Assembly (NCBI GenBank): GCA_963695095.1
Contig: CAVOFT010000001.1
Span: 1,248,001 to 1,312,000, forward strand
DNA from: an uncultured bacterium
GTDB taxonomy: Bacteria; Krumholzibacteriota; Krumholzibacteriia; JACNKJ01
Direction: 5' to 3'
DNA: 64,000 nt
The notes under the pieces were generated by a model. That model saw only the letters and a program-made list of their open reading frames with translations, was not told the origin of the DNA and searched no databases. A program made the position numbers and the translations under genes. Shown one piece after another: positions 1-10,056 of this stretch (positions are counted from its first letter, which is position 1; every line of letters starts with the position of its first letter).

Positions 1-2
1 GC

Positions 3-2192
3 ATGCCGCGCCCCCGCCCGCCCTATCCCGCGGCGCAGGGCCTCTTCGGCCGGCCGACGATCATCAACAACGTGGAGACGCTGGCGAACCTGTCGACGGT
101 GATGAGCTTGGGTTGGGAGGGCTTCAGCGCCGTGGGCACCGAAGGCAGCAAGGGCACCAAGGTCTACGCGCTCTCGGGCATGGTCGCGCGCACCGGCCTG
201 GTCGAGGTGCCGATGGGGACCCCGATCCGCGACGTCGTCTTCACGGTGGGCGGCGGCGTGCCCGGCGGCCGACGCTGCAAGGCCGTGCAGATCGGCGGGC
301 CCTCCGGCGGCTGCATTCCCGAGGCGCACCTGGACCTGCCCACGGACTACGAAGCGCTCAAGAAGTTCGGCGCCATCATGGGTTCAGGCGGCCTGGTTGT
401 CATGGACGAGAACACCTGCATGGTAGACCTCGCCAAGTACTTCATGGAATTCATCCAGAGCGAGAGCTGCGGCAAGTGCATCCCATGTCGCGAGGGCACG
501 CGGCGCATGCTGGAGATCCTGCAAGCGATCACGCGGTCCTACCAGCGCGAGAGCGAGAACGAGGCTCTGCTGCGCTTCCAGGGCATCATGCAGCTGCAGC
601 AGCTCGCCCGCGTGATCAAGGATGCGTCGCTGTGCGGACTCGGCCAGACGGCGCCCAACCCCGTGCTCAGTACCCTGCGCTGGTTCCGCGACGAGTACGA
701 GGCGCACATCTACGAGCGGCGCTGCCCGGCCGGCTCATGCCGCGATCTCGTCGGTGCCCCCTGCCAGACAGGCTGCCCGGTGGGCACGGAGGTCTGGCGC
801 TACGTGGCGCACGTCGCCCGCGGCGAGAACGAGGAGGCCTACCGCGTCATCCGGCGGGCGAACCCTTTCCCCTCGGTCTGCGCGCGGGTCTGCCACCATC
901 CCTGCGAGGCGGTCTGCCGCGCGGGGACCACGGGCGGCGACCCCGTCGCCGTGCGGACGCTGAAGCGCTACGTCGTCGAGCGCGTCGATCCGCGCGCCTA
1001 CACGGCGTCGGTCAAGCCGGCCGCCACGGACGCGCCGCACATCGCCGTGATCGGTGCCGGGCCGGCGGGCCTGACGGCGGCCCACCTGCTCAGCGCCCAG
1101 GGGATGCGGGTGACGATATTCGAGCAGGAGAAGCGGCTAGGCGGCATGCTGACCAGCGCCATCCCGGCCTACCGCCTGCCGCGGGACATCCTGGACCGCG
1201 AAATCGAGGCGCTCCTCAACGAGAACATCGCGCTGCGCCTGGACAGCGCCCTCGGCCGTGACTTCACGGTCGACGGCCTGCTGGCGGAGGGATTCAAGGC
1301 GGTCTACCTGGCCATTGGCGCCCACCAGAGCCTCAGCCTGGGTGTGCCCGGCGAGGACGTGGCGGGCGTGGTGCCCGGCATCCGCTTTCTGAAGGCCTAC
1401 AACCTGGACGGGATGTGCATGGCCAAGGGGCGGGTGGGAGTGATCGGCGGCGGCAATTCCGCCATCGACGCCGCTCGCGCCGCGCGGCGCATGCCCGAGG
1501 TCACTGCGGTGACCGTCTTCTACCGCCGCAGCCGCGAGGAGATGCCCGCCTACGCCGAGGAGATCGAGGCGGCGCTGGCCGAGGGCGTGGCCATCGAGCC
1601 GCTGACGGCGCCGGAGTCGGTGCTGTCCGCCGAGGGGCAGCTGACCGGCATGCGCTTTCTGCACACGGTGCTCGGCGAGCCGGATGCCAGCGGCCGCCGG
1701 CGCCCGGAGCCGGTGCTCGGCTCGGAGTTCGACGTGGCCCTCGACACCGTCATCGTCGCGATCAGCGAGCGGCCGGCCGTGGCCGCGCTCGCCGGTCTCG
1801 AGATGACGCGCTGGGGGGCGCCGCACATCAACGAGGAGTCCGGTGCCACCAGCCGCGCGGGCGTCTTCGCCGGCGGCGACGTGACCACGGGGCCAGGCAC
1901 GGTGATCGGCGCCATCGCTGCCGGCAAGCGCGCGGCCTTGATGATCGGCCGCTACGTGCAGGGCAAGCAGCTGCGCGTACTGCCGCGCATCGCGCTGCCC
2001 GACGTCTACCTGGCGCCGGTCGGCGAGGGCGATGAGACCGAGAGCGGCGAGCGCGTGCACGCGCCGCTGGCGCCGGTCGCCGCGCGCGTCTGCGGATTCG
2101 GCGAGGTCGAGCTGTGCATCGACGACGCCCAGGCCCATCGCGAAGCCAGGCGCTGCCTGCGTTGCGATCTCGAATTCACCCAGCCCAAGTGA
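3..2192 (+). CDS. NuoF/HydB-like diaphorase subunit fused to a GltD/NfnB-like FAD/NAD(P)H module (5' end outside window)
   Basis: NuoF motifs [46 protein letters not shown]. Then GltD-type Fe-S motifs PCQTGCP and [13 protein letters not shown], Rossmann motifs GAGPAG and [17 protein letters not shown], and a terminal EARRCLRC. Confidence 0.88.
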   Translation: MPRPRPPYPAAQGLFGRPTIINNVETLANLSTVMSLGWEGFSAVGTEGSKGTKVYALSGMVARTGLVEVPMGTPIRDVVFTVGGGVPGGRRCKAVQIGGPSGGCIPEAHLDLPTDYEALKKFGAIMGSGGLVVMDENTCMVDLAKYFMEFIQSESCGKCIPCREGTRRMLEILQAITRSYQRESENEALLRFQGIMQLQQLARVIKDASLCGLGQTAPNPVLSTLRWFRDEYEAHIYERRCPAGSCRDLVGAPCQTGCPVGTEVWRYVAHVARGENEEAYRVIRRANPFPSVCARVCHHPCEAVCRAGTTGGDPVAVRTLKRYVVERVDPRAYTASVKPAATDAPHIAVIGAGPAGLTAAHLLSAQGMRVTIFEQEKRLGGMLTSAIPAYRLPRDILDREIEALLNENIALRLDSALGRDFTVDGLLAEGFKAVYLAIGAHQSLSLGVPGEDVAGVVPGIRFLKAYNLDGMCMAKGRVGVIGGGNSAIDAARAARRMPEVTAVTVFYRRSREEMPAYAEEIEAALAEGVAIEPLTAPESVLSAEGQLTGMRFLHTVLGEPDASGRRRPEPVLGSEFDVALDTVIVAISERPAVAALAGLEMTRWGAPHINEESGATSRAGVFAGGDVTTGPGTVIGAIAAGKRAALMIGRYVQGKQLRVLPRIALPDVYLAPVGEGDETESGERVHAPLAPVAARVCGFGEVELCIDDAQAHREARRCLRCDLEFTQPK

Positions 2193-2223
2193 GCCAAGGC
2201 CCGATCTTCTGCGAGGTGTGATC

Positions 2224-3948
2224 ATGGTGACGATCGAAGTGAATGGCGACAGGATGGAGGCCACCCCGGGCGAGACCATCCTCTCGGCCCTGGCGCGGGC
2301 TGGCGTCTCGGTGCCGACGCTCTGCCACGTCGAGGGACTCAGCCCCACGGGGGCTTGTCGGGTGTGCGTCGTCGAAGTGGAGGGCATGGCTGGCCTGGTG
2401 CCGTCCTGCTCCTACCCCGTGGCCGAGGGCATGCGCATCAAGACGCATTCCTCGCGGGCTCTGGAGGCGCGGCGGACGATCATGCAGCTCCTGCTCGCCA
2501 ACCACCCTGACGATTGTCTCTACTGCGTGCGCGGCGGCAACTGCGAGCTGCAGCAGCTCGCCCGCGAGCTGGGGGTGGATCAGCGCCTCTATCGCGGGCA
2601 GCGTTCGCACCACGAAGCGGACGTCTCCGGGCCCAGCATCATCCGGGACCCGGACAAGTGCATCCTCTGCGGCAAATGCATCCGGATCTGCGAGGAGGTG
2701 CAGGGCGTCTCGGCAATCGATTTTCTGCGCCGCGGCAGCAGCACTTTCGTTGGCACCGCCTTCGACCGCGGCCTCGCCAACTCGGTCTGCGTCAACTGCG
2801 GCCAGTGCATCAACGTCTGCCCAACCGGGGCGCTGCGCGAGTACTCCTACATCGCCGAGGTCGAGGCGGCCCTGCGCGATCCCCAGCGGCTGGTGGTCGT
2901 GCAGCATGCGCCGGCGGTCTCGGTAAGCCTGGCGGAGGAGTTCGGCATGAAGCCCGGTACCGACGTCGACGGCGTCATGGTCGCCGCCCTGCGCCGGATC
3001 GGCTTCGACCGCGTCTTCGACACCTCCTTCACGGCCGACCTCACCATCATGGAGGAGGCTTCCGAACTCGCGCATCGCGTTGCCGCGGGCGGCGTGCTGC
3101 CGATGTTCACGAGCTGCTCGCCTGGCTGGATCTCCTTCCTCGAGGAGTTCTATCCGGAGTTCATACCCAATCTCTCGAGCTGCAAGAGCCCGCAGCAGAT
3201 GATGGGAGCTCTCGTCAAGTCGTTCTACGCCGAGCGGATGGCGGTGGAGGCAGCCTCGATCACGAGCGTCTCGATCATGCCTTGCACGGCCAAGAAGTAC
3301 GAGGCCAAGCGCGAGGAGATGAGTCGCGACTTCCTGCCCGACGTGGACTACGTCCTCACCACCCGCGAGCTGGGCCGGCTCATCCGCCGGCACGGCATCG
3401 ATCTGCACGCTCTCAAGCCCGAGGAGGCGGACACTCCCTTCGGCGAGCGCACAGGCGCCGGCAAGATCTTCGGCGCCAGTGGCGGCGTCATGGAGGCCGC
3501 CGTGCGCACGGCCCACTGGCTGCTGACCGGCAAGGACATGAAGGATCCCGTCGTCTGGCCCCTGCGCGGATTGGAAGGCGCGAAATCCCTGCACGTCAAG
3601 GTCGGCGACCTGGACGTGGGGGCGGCGGTCGTCAACGGGCTGGGCAATGCGCGCAAGCTGCTCGACGAGCTGAAGGCGGGCAAGCACCCGGACCTGCACT
3701 TCATCGAGTTCATGTGCTGCCCGGGTGGCTGCATCGGTGGCGGCGGGCAGCCCCTAGGCACCGATCGGGCGCGGTTGACCGCGCGCATGCAGTCACTCTA
3801 TCAGATCGACTCCGACGAGTCCAAGCGCGCTAGCCACTACAATGCGCAGGTGCAGCGGCTGTACGACGAGTATCTGGGTAAGCCGCTGGGTGAGAAGAGC
3901 CATCAGCTCCTCCACACCAAGTATCGCCGTCGCGAGATCCTGCTCTAG
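2224..3948 (+). CDS. hydA: [FeFe]-hydrogenase catalytic subunit, group A with NuoG-like N-terminus
   Basis: ATG 2224 after GAGG. N-terminal 2Fe-2S (LCH..GACRVC), His-ligated cluster HPDDCLYC..NCELQ, 2x[4Fe-4S]. H-cluster motifs TSCSPGW, MPCTAKKYE, EFMCCPGGCIGGGGQP. C-terminal LLHTKY. Confidence 0.95.
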   Translation: MVTIEVNGDRMEATPGETILSALARAGVSVPTLCHVEGLSPTGACRVCVVEVEGMAGLVPSCSYPVAEGMRIKTHSSRALEARRTIMQLLLANHPDDCLYCVRGGNCELQQLARELGVDQRLYRGQRSHHEADVSGPSIIRDPDKCILCGKCIRICEEVQGVSAIDFLRRGSSTFVGTAFDRGLANSVCVNCGQCINVCPTGALREYSYIAEVEAALRDPQRLVVVQHAPAVSVSLAEEFGMKPGTDVDGVMVAALRRIGFDRVFDTSFTADLTIMEEASELAHRVAAGGVLPMFTSCSPGWISFLEEFYPEFIPNLSSCKSPQQMMGALVKSFYAERMAVEAASITSVSIMPCTAKKYEAKREEMSRDFLPDVDYVLTTRELGRLIRRHGIDLHALKPEEADTPFGERTGAGKIFGASGGVMEAAVRTAHWLLTGKDMKDPVVWPLRGLEGAKSLHVKVGDLDVGAAVVNGLGNARKLLDELKAGKHPDLHFIEFMCCPGGCIGGGGQPLGTDRARLTARMQSLYQIDSDESKRASHYNAQVQRLYDEYLGKPLGEKSHQLLHTKYRRREILL

Positions 3949-3957
3949 GAGGTCGGC

Positions 3958-5985
3958 ATGCGCGCATCGGTGCTGCTGCCCCTGGTGACCACGAACGCGG
4001 ACCGCTGCCGGCTTTGCTACACCTGTGTACGCGAGTGTCCTTCACACGCCATCCGCATCAGCAACGGACGGGCCGAGGTGCTCCGGGAGCGCTGCATCGG
4101 CTGCGGCAATTGCGTGCGTGTCTGCAGCCAGGGCGCCAAGCAGGTGCGAGACGACATCCCGAAGGTGCAGGCCCTGCTGGACAGTCCCGTGCCCGTGGCG
4201 GCCTTGGTCGCACCCAGCTTCGCGGCCGAATTCGCCGAGCTGGATCTGGCCTATTTCATCGGCATGCTGCGGGCGATCGGCTTCCGGTGGGTGGTGGAAG
4301 TGGCGTTCGGCGCCGATCTCGTCGCCGATCGCTACCGGCGCCTGCGGGATGCCGAGCCCGGCAGCCGCAACATCGCGACCACCTGCCCCGCGCTGGTCTC
4401 CTATGTCGAGAAGTACCACCCGGAGCTGATCGGCAACCTGGCGCCGATCGTCTCACCGATGGTGGCCACCGCCCGCGCGCTCTCGCGCATCTACGAAGAA
4501 CCGCTGCGCAAGGTCTTCATCGGCCCCTGCATCGCCAAGAAGCGCGAAATCGAAACACCCGCGCTGGCGAAAGATGTAGATGCCGTGCTCACTTTCAGCG
4601 AACTCCGCGACATGTTCCACTACGCGGGCGTGAAGCCGGAATCCGCCCTGCCCATGCGATTCGACCCGCCCTATGCGGGCCTCGGCGCCCTATTCGCGAT
4701 CAGCCGTGGCTTGCTCAAGGCGGCTGACCTGGAGGAGGACTTGCTCGCCGGGGACATCGTCGTCGCCGACGGCAAGCAGAGCTTCCCGGAAGCCCTGCGC
4801 GAGTTCGAACTGGGGTCGCTCGACTCGCAGCTCCTGGAGATCCTCTGCTGCAACGGCTGCATCATGGGCTCCGGCATGACCAGCAACGCCCCGCTCTTCC
4901 GCCGGCGGGCCGCCGTCAGCCGCTACGCGCGCGAGCGTCTGGGCGAACTGAACATCGGCCGCTGGCAGTTGGCAATGCGCGAGATGGAGGGCCTGCCGCT
5001 TGCCCGAGAATATACCGAAGACGACCTGCGCGTGCCGATGCCGTCGGAGAGCACGCTCAAAGTGCTGCTCGAGGAGATGGGCAAGCCGACGCCGGCGGAT
5101 GAACTCAATTGCGGCGCCTGCGGCTACAACACCTGCCGGGAGCATGCCACCGCGGTCTTCCTGGGGTTGGCCGAATCGGCAATGTGCCTACCGCACACCA
5201 TCGAGCGGCTGCGGGTAACCGTGCACGAGCTGGCGGAATCGCACCAGCAGCTCACGGACGCCCAGCAGGCGCTGATGCAATCGGAGCGGCTGGCCAGCAT
5301 GGGCCAGCTTGCCGCCGGCATCGCCCACGAGGTCAACAACCCGCTCGGGGTCGTGCTGCTCTATGCGCACATGCTGATGGACTCCCTGGATCCGGCCTCT
5401 GAGCTGCACGCCGACATGCAGACGATCGTCGAGGAGGCGGATCGCTGCAAGACGATCGTCTCCGGGCTGCTCAACTTCGCGCGCAAGAATCGCGTCACGC
5501 TGCGCTCCTGCGATCTCACCCAGCTCGTGGACCACTTCCTCAGCGTCGTGCAGCCGCCGCCGGGGATGAACCTGCGCTGCCAGCACGCTGTGCGACCCTT
5601 GCCGGCGGAGGTCGATGCCGACCAGCTCACGCAGGTGCTCACGAATCTCGTCAACAACGCGATCGCCGCCATGCCGGATGGCGGCACGCTTACCGTGGGC
5701 ACGCACGGGGACGCCGACGAGGTTTGCCTGGTCGTCGCCGACAGCGGCACCGGCATTCCCGAGGAGCACCGCAGCAAGATCTTCGAGCCCTTCTTCACGA
5801 CGAAACAGATGGGCATGGGCACCGGCCTCGGCCTGGCGGTGACCTACGGCATCATCAAGATGCACCGCGGCCGCATCGACGTGCGCTCGAACACGGATGC
5901 CGCCGCGGGCCCGACCGGAAGCATCTTCACCATCAGTCTGCCCCGGCGGGGGCAGGACGAGGAAACCATGAGCGAGGCAATATGA
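3958..5985 (+). CDS. Group C (HydS-like) sensory [FeFe]-hydrogenase fused to a histidine kinase
   Basis: N-terminal 2x[4Fe-4S]; divergent H-domain ([23 protein letters not shown]); Fe-S domain [12 protein letters not shown]; coiled coil; H-box IAHEVNNPL; HATPase boxes [26 protein letters not shown]. Confidence 0.9.
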   Translation: MRASVLLPLVTTNADRCRLCYTCVRECPSHAIRISNGRAEVLRERCIGCGNCVRVCSQGAKQVRDDIPKVQALLDSPVPVAALVAPSFAAEFAELDLAYFIGMLRAIGFRWVVEVAFGADLVADRYRRLRDAEPGSRNIATTCPALVSYVEKYHPELIGNLAPIVSPMVATARALSRIYEEPLRKVFIGPCIAKKREIETPALAKDVDAVLTFSELRDMFHYAGVKPESALPMRFDPPYAGLGALFAISRGLLKAADLEEDLLAGDIVVADGKQSFPEALREFELGSLDSQLLEILCCNGCIMGSGMTSNAPLFRRRAAVSRYARERLGELNIGRWQLAMREMEGLPLAREYTEDDLRVPMPSESTLKVLLEEMGKPTPADELNCGACGYNTCREHATAVFLGLAESAMCLPHTIERLRVTVHELAESHQQLTDAQQALMQSERLASMGQLAAGIAHEVNNPLGVVLLYAHMLMDSLDPASELHADMQTIVEEADRCKTIVSGLLNFARKNRVTLRSCDLTQLVDHFLSVVQPPPGMNLRCQHAVRPLPAEVDADQLTQVLTNLVNNAIAAMPDGGTLTVGTHGDADEVCLVVADSGTGIPEEHRSKIFEPFFTTKQMGMGTGLGLAVTYGIIKMHRGRIDVRSNTDAAAGPTGSIFTISLPRRGQDEETMSEAI

Positions 5986-6380
5986 TGAGCGCATCGCGAC
6001 GAATCCTGGTTGCGGACGACGACCCCGACGCCCTGCAGCAGGTGCAGGCCATGCTGGACAGCGAGGGTTACGAGCTGGTGCTGGCCCAGGGGCAGAACGA
6101 GGCCGAGGAGGCCCTGATGGGCGCCCGACCGGATCTGGCGATCTTCGACCTCATGATGGAGCGCAAGGACTCGGGTTTCGTGCTCTGCCACGAGACCAAG
6201 CGACTCTACCCGGAAACACCGGTGATCCTGCTGACAGCGGTCACGGCGGCCACGGGCCTTGATTTCGACCTCGCCGAGCCGGAGGCGCAGGCCTGGACCA
6301 AAGCCGACCTGCTGCTGGACAAGCCGGTGCGGGCCGAGCGGCTGCGCGCAGAAGTGCGGCGGCTGCTCGTGCAGGCCTAG
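5982..6380 (+). CDS. Single-domain response regulator (receiver)
   Basis: ATG overlaps upstream stop (ATGA). ILVADDD, FDLMM phospho-Asp, LLTAV, LDKPV. Confidence 0.9.
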   Translation: MMSASRRILVADDDPDALQQVQAMLDSEGYELVLAQGQNEAEEALMGARPDLAIFDLMMERKDSGFVLCHETKRLYPETPVILLTAVTAATGLDFDLAEPEAQAWTKADLLLDKPVRAERLRAEVRRLLVQA

Positions 6381-6383
6381 GCC

Positions 6384-7553
6384 ATGGAACACCTGCGGGT
6401 GCTGGTCGTCGACGATGAACCGCGGATGCGCATGGGCATCCTGCGTGCGCTGCGCGGTCACGTCAGCGTCATGCCCGATCTGGACGGCGAGGTCGACTAC
6501 GTGGTCGTCGAAGCGGATTCCGGTGAAGCGGCGCTGGCCTGCATCGGCGAAGCCGAGCCGGACATCATGCTTCTGGACCACAAGCTGCCTGGCATCCAGG
6601 GCCTCGAGCTGCTTGACAAGCTGACCCGCGAGGGCCCTCGCCTGCTGACGGTGATGATCACCGCCTATGCGTCGATCGAGACGGCGGTGACGGCCACGAA
6701 GCGCGGCGCCTACGATTTTCTCGCCAAGCCCTTCACGCCGGCCGAGCTCGGCGCCACGATCGACAAGGCGGCCCGCCACGTGCTGCTCGACCGCCGGGCC
6801 CGCAAGCTGGCGCTGGAGCGCCGCCAGGCCCGCTTCCAGCTGATCTCGGTGGTGGCGCACGAACTCAAGTCTCCCCTGGCCGCCATCGAGGGTTACCTGC
6901 AGCTCCTGCAGGACCCCGCCACCGGCGAGAACGCCGAAACACGCGGGCACATGCTCGATCGCAGCGTGTTGCGCCTGCAGGGGATGCGCAAGCTCATCTT
7001 CGATCTGCTGGATCTGACCCGCATCGAATCCGGGCAGAAGAAGCGCGAGCTGGCTCCCATCGATCTCGGCGAGCTGGCGGCGCAGGCGCTGGCCGGCGTG
7101 CGCAGCGAAGCCGAGCCGCGGCGCATCGCGCTGCGCCTGGCGACCACGGGGGATCTGCAGATGCAGGGCGACCGCGGCGAGCTGGAGATTATCCTGAACA
7201 ACCTCGTCTCGAATGCGGTCAAGTACAACCGCGACGGTGGCGAGGTGGAGGTCACGCTGCAGGGGGATGCCGAGCGGCTCACGATTGCCGTACGCGACAC
7301 GGGCATTGGCATCAGCGAAGACGAGCAGGCCAAGCTCTTCGGCGAGTTCAGCCGCATCAAGAACGCGCAGACGCGCAATATCCTGGGCAGCGGTCTGGGG
7401 CTCAGCATCGTGCGCCGGCTGGCGCGCCTCAGTGGAGGTGACGCGGGTGTGGTCAGTGCGCCTGGCGTCGGCAGCACGTTCACGGTGACGCTCGCCCGCT
7501 GCGGCAGCGACGAGATGCCGCCGGCCGCGGTCGACGTGGGGTTCGAGACATGA
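6384..7553 (+). CDS. Hybrid receiver-histidine kinase, cytoplasmic
   Basis: Receiver (LVVDDE, LLDHKLP, LAKPF) followed by H-box VAHELKSPL, NLVSNAVKY, DTGIGI, GSGLGL. Confidence 0.9.
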   Translation: MEHLRVLVVDDEPRMRMGILRALRGHVSVMPDLDGEVDYVVVEADSGEAALACIGEAEPDIMLLDHKLPGIQGLELLDKLTREGPRLLTVMITAYASIETAVTATKRGAYDFLAKPFTPAELGATIDKAARHVLLDRRARKLALERRQARFQLISVVAHELKSPLAAIEGYLQLLQDPATGENAETRGHMLDRSVLRLQGMRKLIFDLLDLTRIESGQKKRELAPIDLGELAAQALAGVRSEAEPRRIALRLATTGDLQMQGDRGELEIILNNLVSNAVKYNRDGGEVEVTLQGDAERLTIAVRDTGIGISEDEQAKLFGEFSRIKNAQTRNILGSGLGLSIVRRLARLSGGDAGVVSAPGVGSTFTVTLARCGSDEMPPAAVDVGFET

Positions 7554-8653
7554 CGACCGCGGCCGGCCGCCGCCCCAGCCGCGGCGAGATCCTGGACTGG
7601 CTGCACGAAACGGATCACGAGCGCTTGAAGGGGCTCTGGCAGGCCGCCGACAGCCTGCGCCGCCGCCAGGTGGGGGAGGCGATCTGGCTGCGCGGGCTGA
7701 TCGAGATCGCCAATCGCTGCGTGCGCAACTGCGCCTACTGCGGCATCCGAGCCGGCAACCACGCGCTCAGGCGCTATCGCATGACCGGGGCGGAGATCCT
7801 GGCCTGCGCGCGACTGGCCCAGGCTCAGGAGCTGGGTACCGTCGTCCTCCAGTCCGGGGAGGATCCCGGGCTGTCGGCGCCGTGGCTGGCCTCCGTGGTG
7901 CGGGCGATCCGGGCCGAGACCGGGCTCGTCGTCACCCTCAGTCTCGGCGATCGGGACGACGCGGCCTTCGCGCTCTGGCGCGAGGCAGGCGCGGCGCGTT
8001 ATCTCCTCCGCTTCGAGACGGCCAATCCCGAGCTCTACGCCCAGCTCCACCCCGGAGCGCCGCCGCTCGCGGATCGACTCTCGCGGCTGGAGCGCTTGCG
8101 GGCCCTCGGCTACCAGATGGGCACGGGTTTCCTGGTCGGCGTACCTGGGCAAACCTACGCCGATCTGGCCGACGATCTCGAGCTGCTGGCGGACCTCGCC
8201 CCCGACATGATCGGCCTCGGCCCCTGGCTGCCCCACCCGGCAACGCCTCTGGGGCAGGCCGCCGACGCCGCGCGGGGCGCGGTGCCGCGGGCCGAGCAAG
8301 TGCCGGGAACAGCCCTGATGGCCTGCAAGGCCCTGGCGCTGGCGCGGCTGCTCTGCCCGGGGACGAACATCCCCAGCACCACGGCCCTGTCGGTGGCCGA
8401 CCCGGCGGCAGGACGCAGCGATGGGTTGACGCGCGGCGCCAACGTCGTCATGCCCAACCTGACGCCGCGGCGTTACCGGCGGCTCTACGAGATCTATCCG
8501 GGCAAGGGGCTGCCGGGTCCCGAGTCCGGCGAGCAACTGGCGCGATTGCGGCGACAACTCGTCGCCCTCGATCGCGCGATCGGCAGCGGGCCGGGCGATC
8601 CCCCGATCTGCGCCGAGCGGCAGCGGCCTGGCCGGCCGAGGAGCGAATCATGA
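7550..8653 (+). CDS. hydE: [FeFe]-hydrogenase maturase HydE (radical SAM)
   Basis: LRGLIE..CVRNCAYC, VVLQSGED, YLLRFET, NIPSTTAL, GANVVMPNLTP..YEIYPGK; sits beside hydG and hydF. Confidence 0.88.
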   Translation: MTTAAGRRPSRGEILDWLHETDHERLKGLWQAADSLRRRQVGEAIWLRGLIEIANRCVRNCAYCGIRAGNHALRRYRMTGAEILACARLAQAQELGTVVLQSGEDPGLSAPWLASVVRAIRAETGLVVTLSLGDRDDAAFALWREAGAARYLLRFETANPELYAQLHPGAPPLADRLSRLERLRALGYQMGTGFLVGVPGQTYADLADDLELLADLAPDMIGLGPWLPHPATPLGQAADAARGAVPRAEQVPGTALMACKALALARLLCPGTNIPSTTALSVADPAAGRSDGLTRGANVVMPNLTPRRYRRLYEIYPGKGLPGPESGEQLARLRRQLVALDRAIGSGPGDPPICAERQRPGRPRSES

Positions 8654-10047
8654 TCCGACCCGACAGCAGCTTGGTCGACGAGGAACGCATCTGGGCAACC
8701 CTGGCCGCAGCGGGGCCGGCCGACGCCCGCCGGATCCGCGAGGTGCTGGCACGCGCGCGCGAACTGGCCGGCCTGGCCGCCGCCGATGTGGCCGCCCTGG
8801 CCGGGATCAGCGATCCGGAACTGCTGGGCGAGTTGTTCGAGACGGCCCGAGCCGTGAAGGAGGAGATCTACGGCCGCCGGCTGGTGCTCTTCGCGCCCCT
8901 GTACGTCTCCAATCTCTGCGGCAACGATTGCGCCTACTGCGCCTTCCGGGCCAGCAACCGCGAGATCCAGCGGCGGGCGCTGACCCAGATGGAGATCGCG
9001 CAGGAGACGCGCGTCCTCGTGGAGCAGGGCCACAAGCGGGTGCTGCTGGTGGCCGGCGAGTCCTACCCGCGCGAGGGCTTCGATTACATCCTGCGGGCCA
9101 TCGACACGGTCTATGCCACGAAGTGCGGCGGGGGCGAGATCCGCCGCATCAACGTCAATGTGGCCCCCCTGAGCGAGCTGGAGTTCCGCCGGCTGGGGGA
9201 GCGCCGCATCGGCACCTACCAGCTATTCCAGGAGACTTACCACCACGAGACCTACCGGACCGTGCACCCGCGCGGGCGCAAGGCCGACTACGACTGGCGC
9301 CTCAGCGCCATCGACCGCGCCTTCGCCGCCGGCATCGACGATGTCGGCATCGGCGTGCTCTTCGGGCTCTTCGACTGGCGCTTCGAGCTGCTCGCGCTGC
9401 TGCAGCACATCAGCTACCTGGAAGCGCGCTTCGGCGTGGGTCCGCACACGATCAGCGTGCCGCGTCTGGAGCCGGCCACGGGCTCCGACATGGCCAGCCA
9501 CCCGCCGCGCCCCGTCTCCGACCTCGATTTCCGCAAGCTGGTCGCCATCCTCCGCCTGGCCGTGCCCTACACGGGGATCATCCTGTCCACGCGCGAGTCG
9601 GCGGCGCTGCGCCGGGAGACCTTTGCGCTCGGCGTCTCCCAGATCTCGGCCGGCAGCCGCACGAACCCGGGCGGCTACGCCGATGGCGCCGACGAGGAGG
9701 GCGCCGGCCAGTTCTGCCTGGGCGATCACCGGTCTCTGGACGAGGTGATCCGCGACCTTGCCCAGCTCGGCTACGTGCCCTCCTTCTGCACGGCCTGCTA
9801 TCGGCTGGGGCGGACGGGGGCAGACTTCATGGATCTGGCCAAGCCGGGGGCGATCAAGGAACACTGCGCGCCCAACGCTCTCGCCACCTTCCAGGAGTAC
9901 CTGGCTGATTACGCCTCGCCCGCGACGCGCATCCTCGGCGAGGTCTGCGTTCACGAACATCTGGCCGACATGGGTCCGGCCTCCCGCCAGCGGGCGGAAT
10001 CCATGCTCGCCCGCGTGCGCGGGGGCGAGCGCGACGTCTACTGCTGA
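8650..10047 (+). CDS. hydG: [FeFe]-hydrogenase maturase HydG (radical SAM)
   Basis: ATG overlaps hydE stop. FAPLYVSNLCGNDCAYC, GTYQLFQETY, GPHTISVPR, and C-terminal Cx2Cx22C (CTAC...EHC). Confidence 0.95.
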   Translation: MIRPDSSLVDEERIWATLAAAGPADARRIREVLARARELAGLAAADVAALAGISDPELLGELFETARAVKEEIYGRRLVLFAPLYVSNLCGNDCAYCAFRASNREIQRRALTQMEIAQETRVLVEQGHKRVLLVAGESYPREGFDYILRAIDTVYATKCGGGEIRRINVNVAPLSELEFRRLGERRIGTYQLFQETYHHETYRTVHPRGRKADYDWRLSAIDRAFAAGIDDVGIGVLFGLFDWRFELLALLQHISYLEARFGVGPHTISVPRLEPATGSDMASHPPRPVSDLDFRKLVAILRLAVPYTGIILSTRESAALRRETFALGVSQISAGSRTNPGGYADGADEEGAGQFCLGDHRSLDEVIRDLAQLGYVPSFCTACYRLGRTGADFMDLAKPGAIKEHCAPNALATFQEYLADYASPATRILGEVCVHEHLADMGPASRQRAESMLARVRGGERDVYC

Positions 10048-10056
10048 GGTGGGGCC

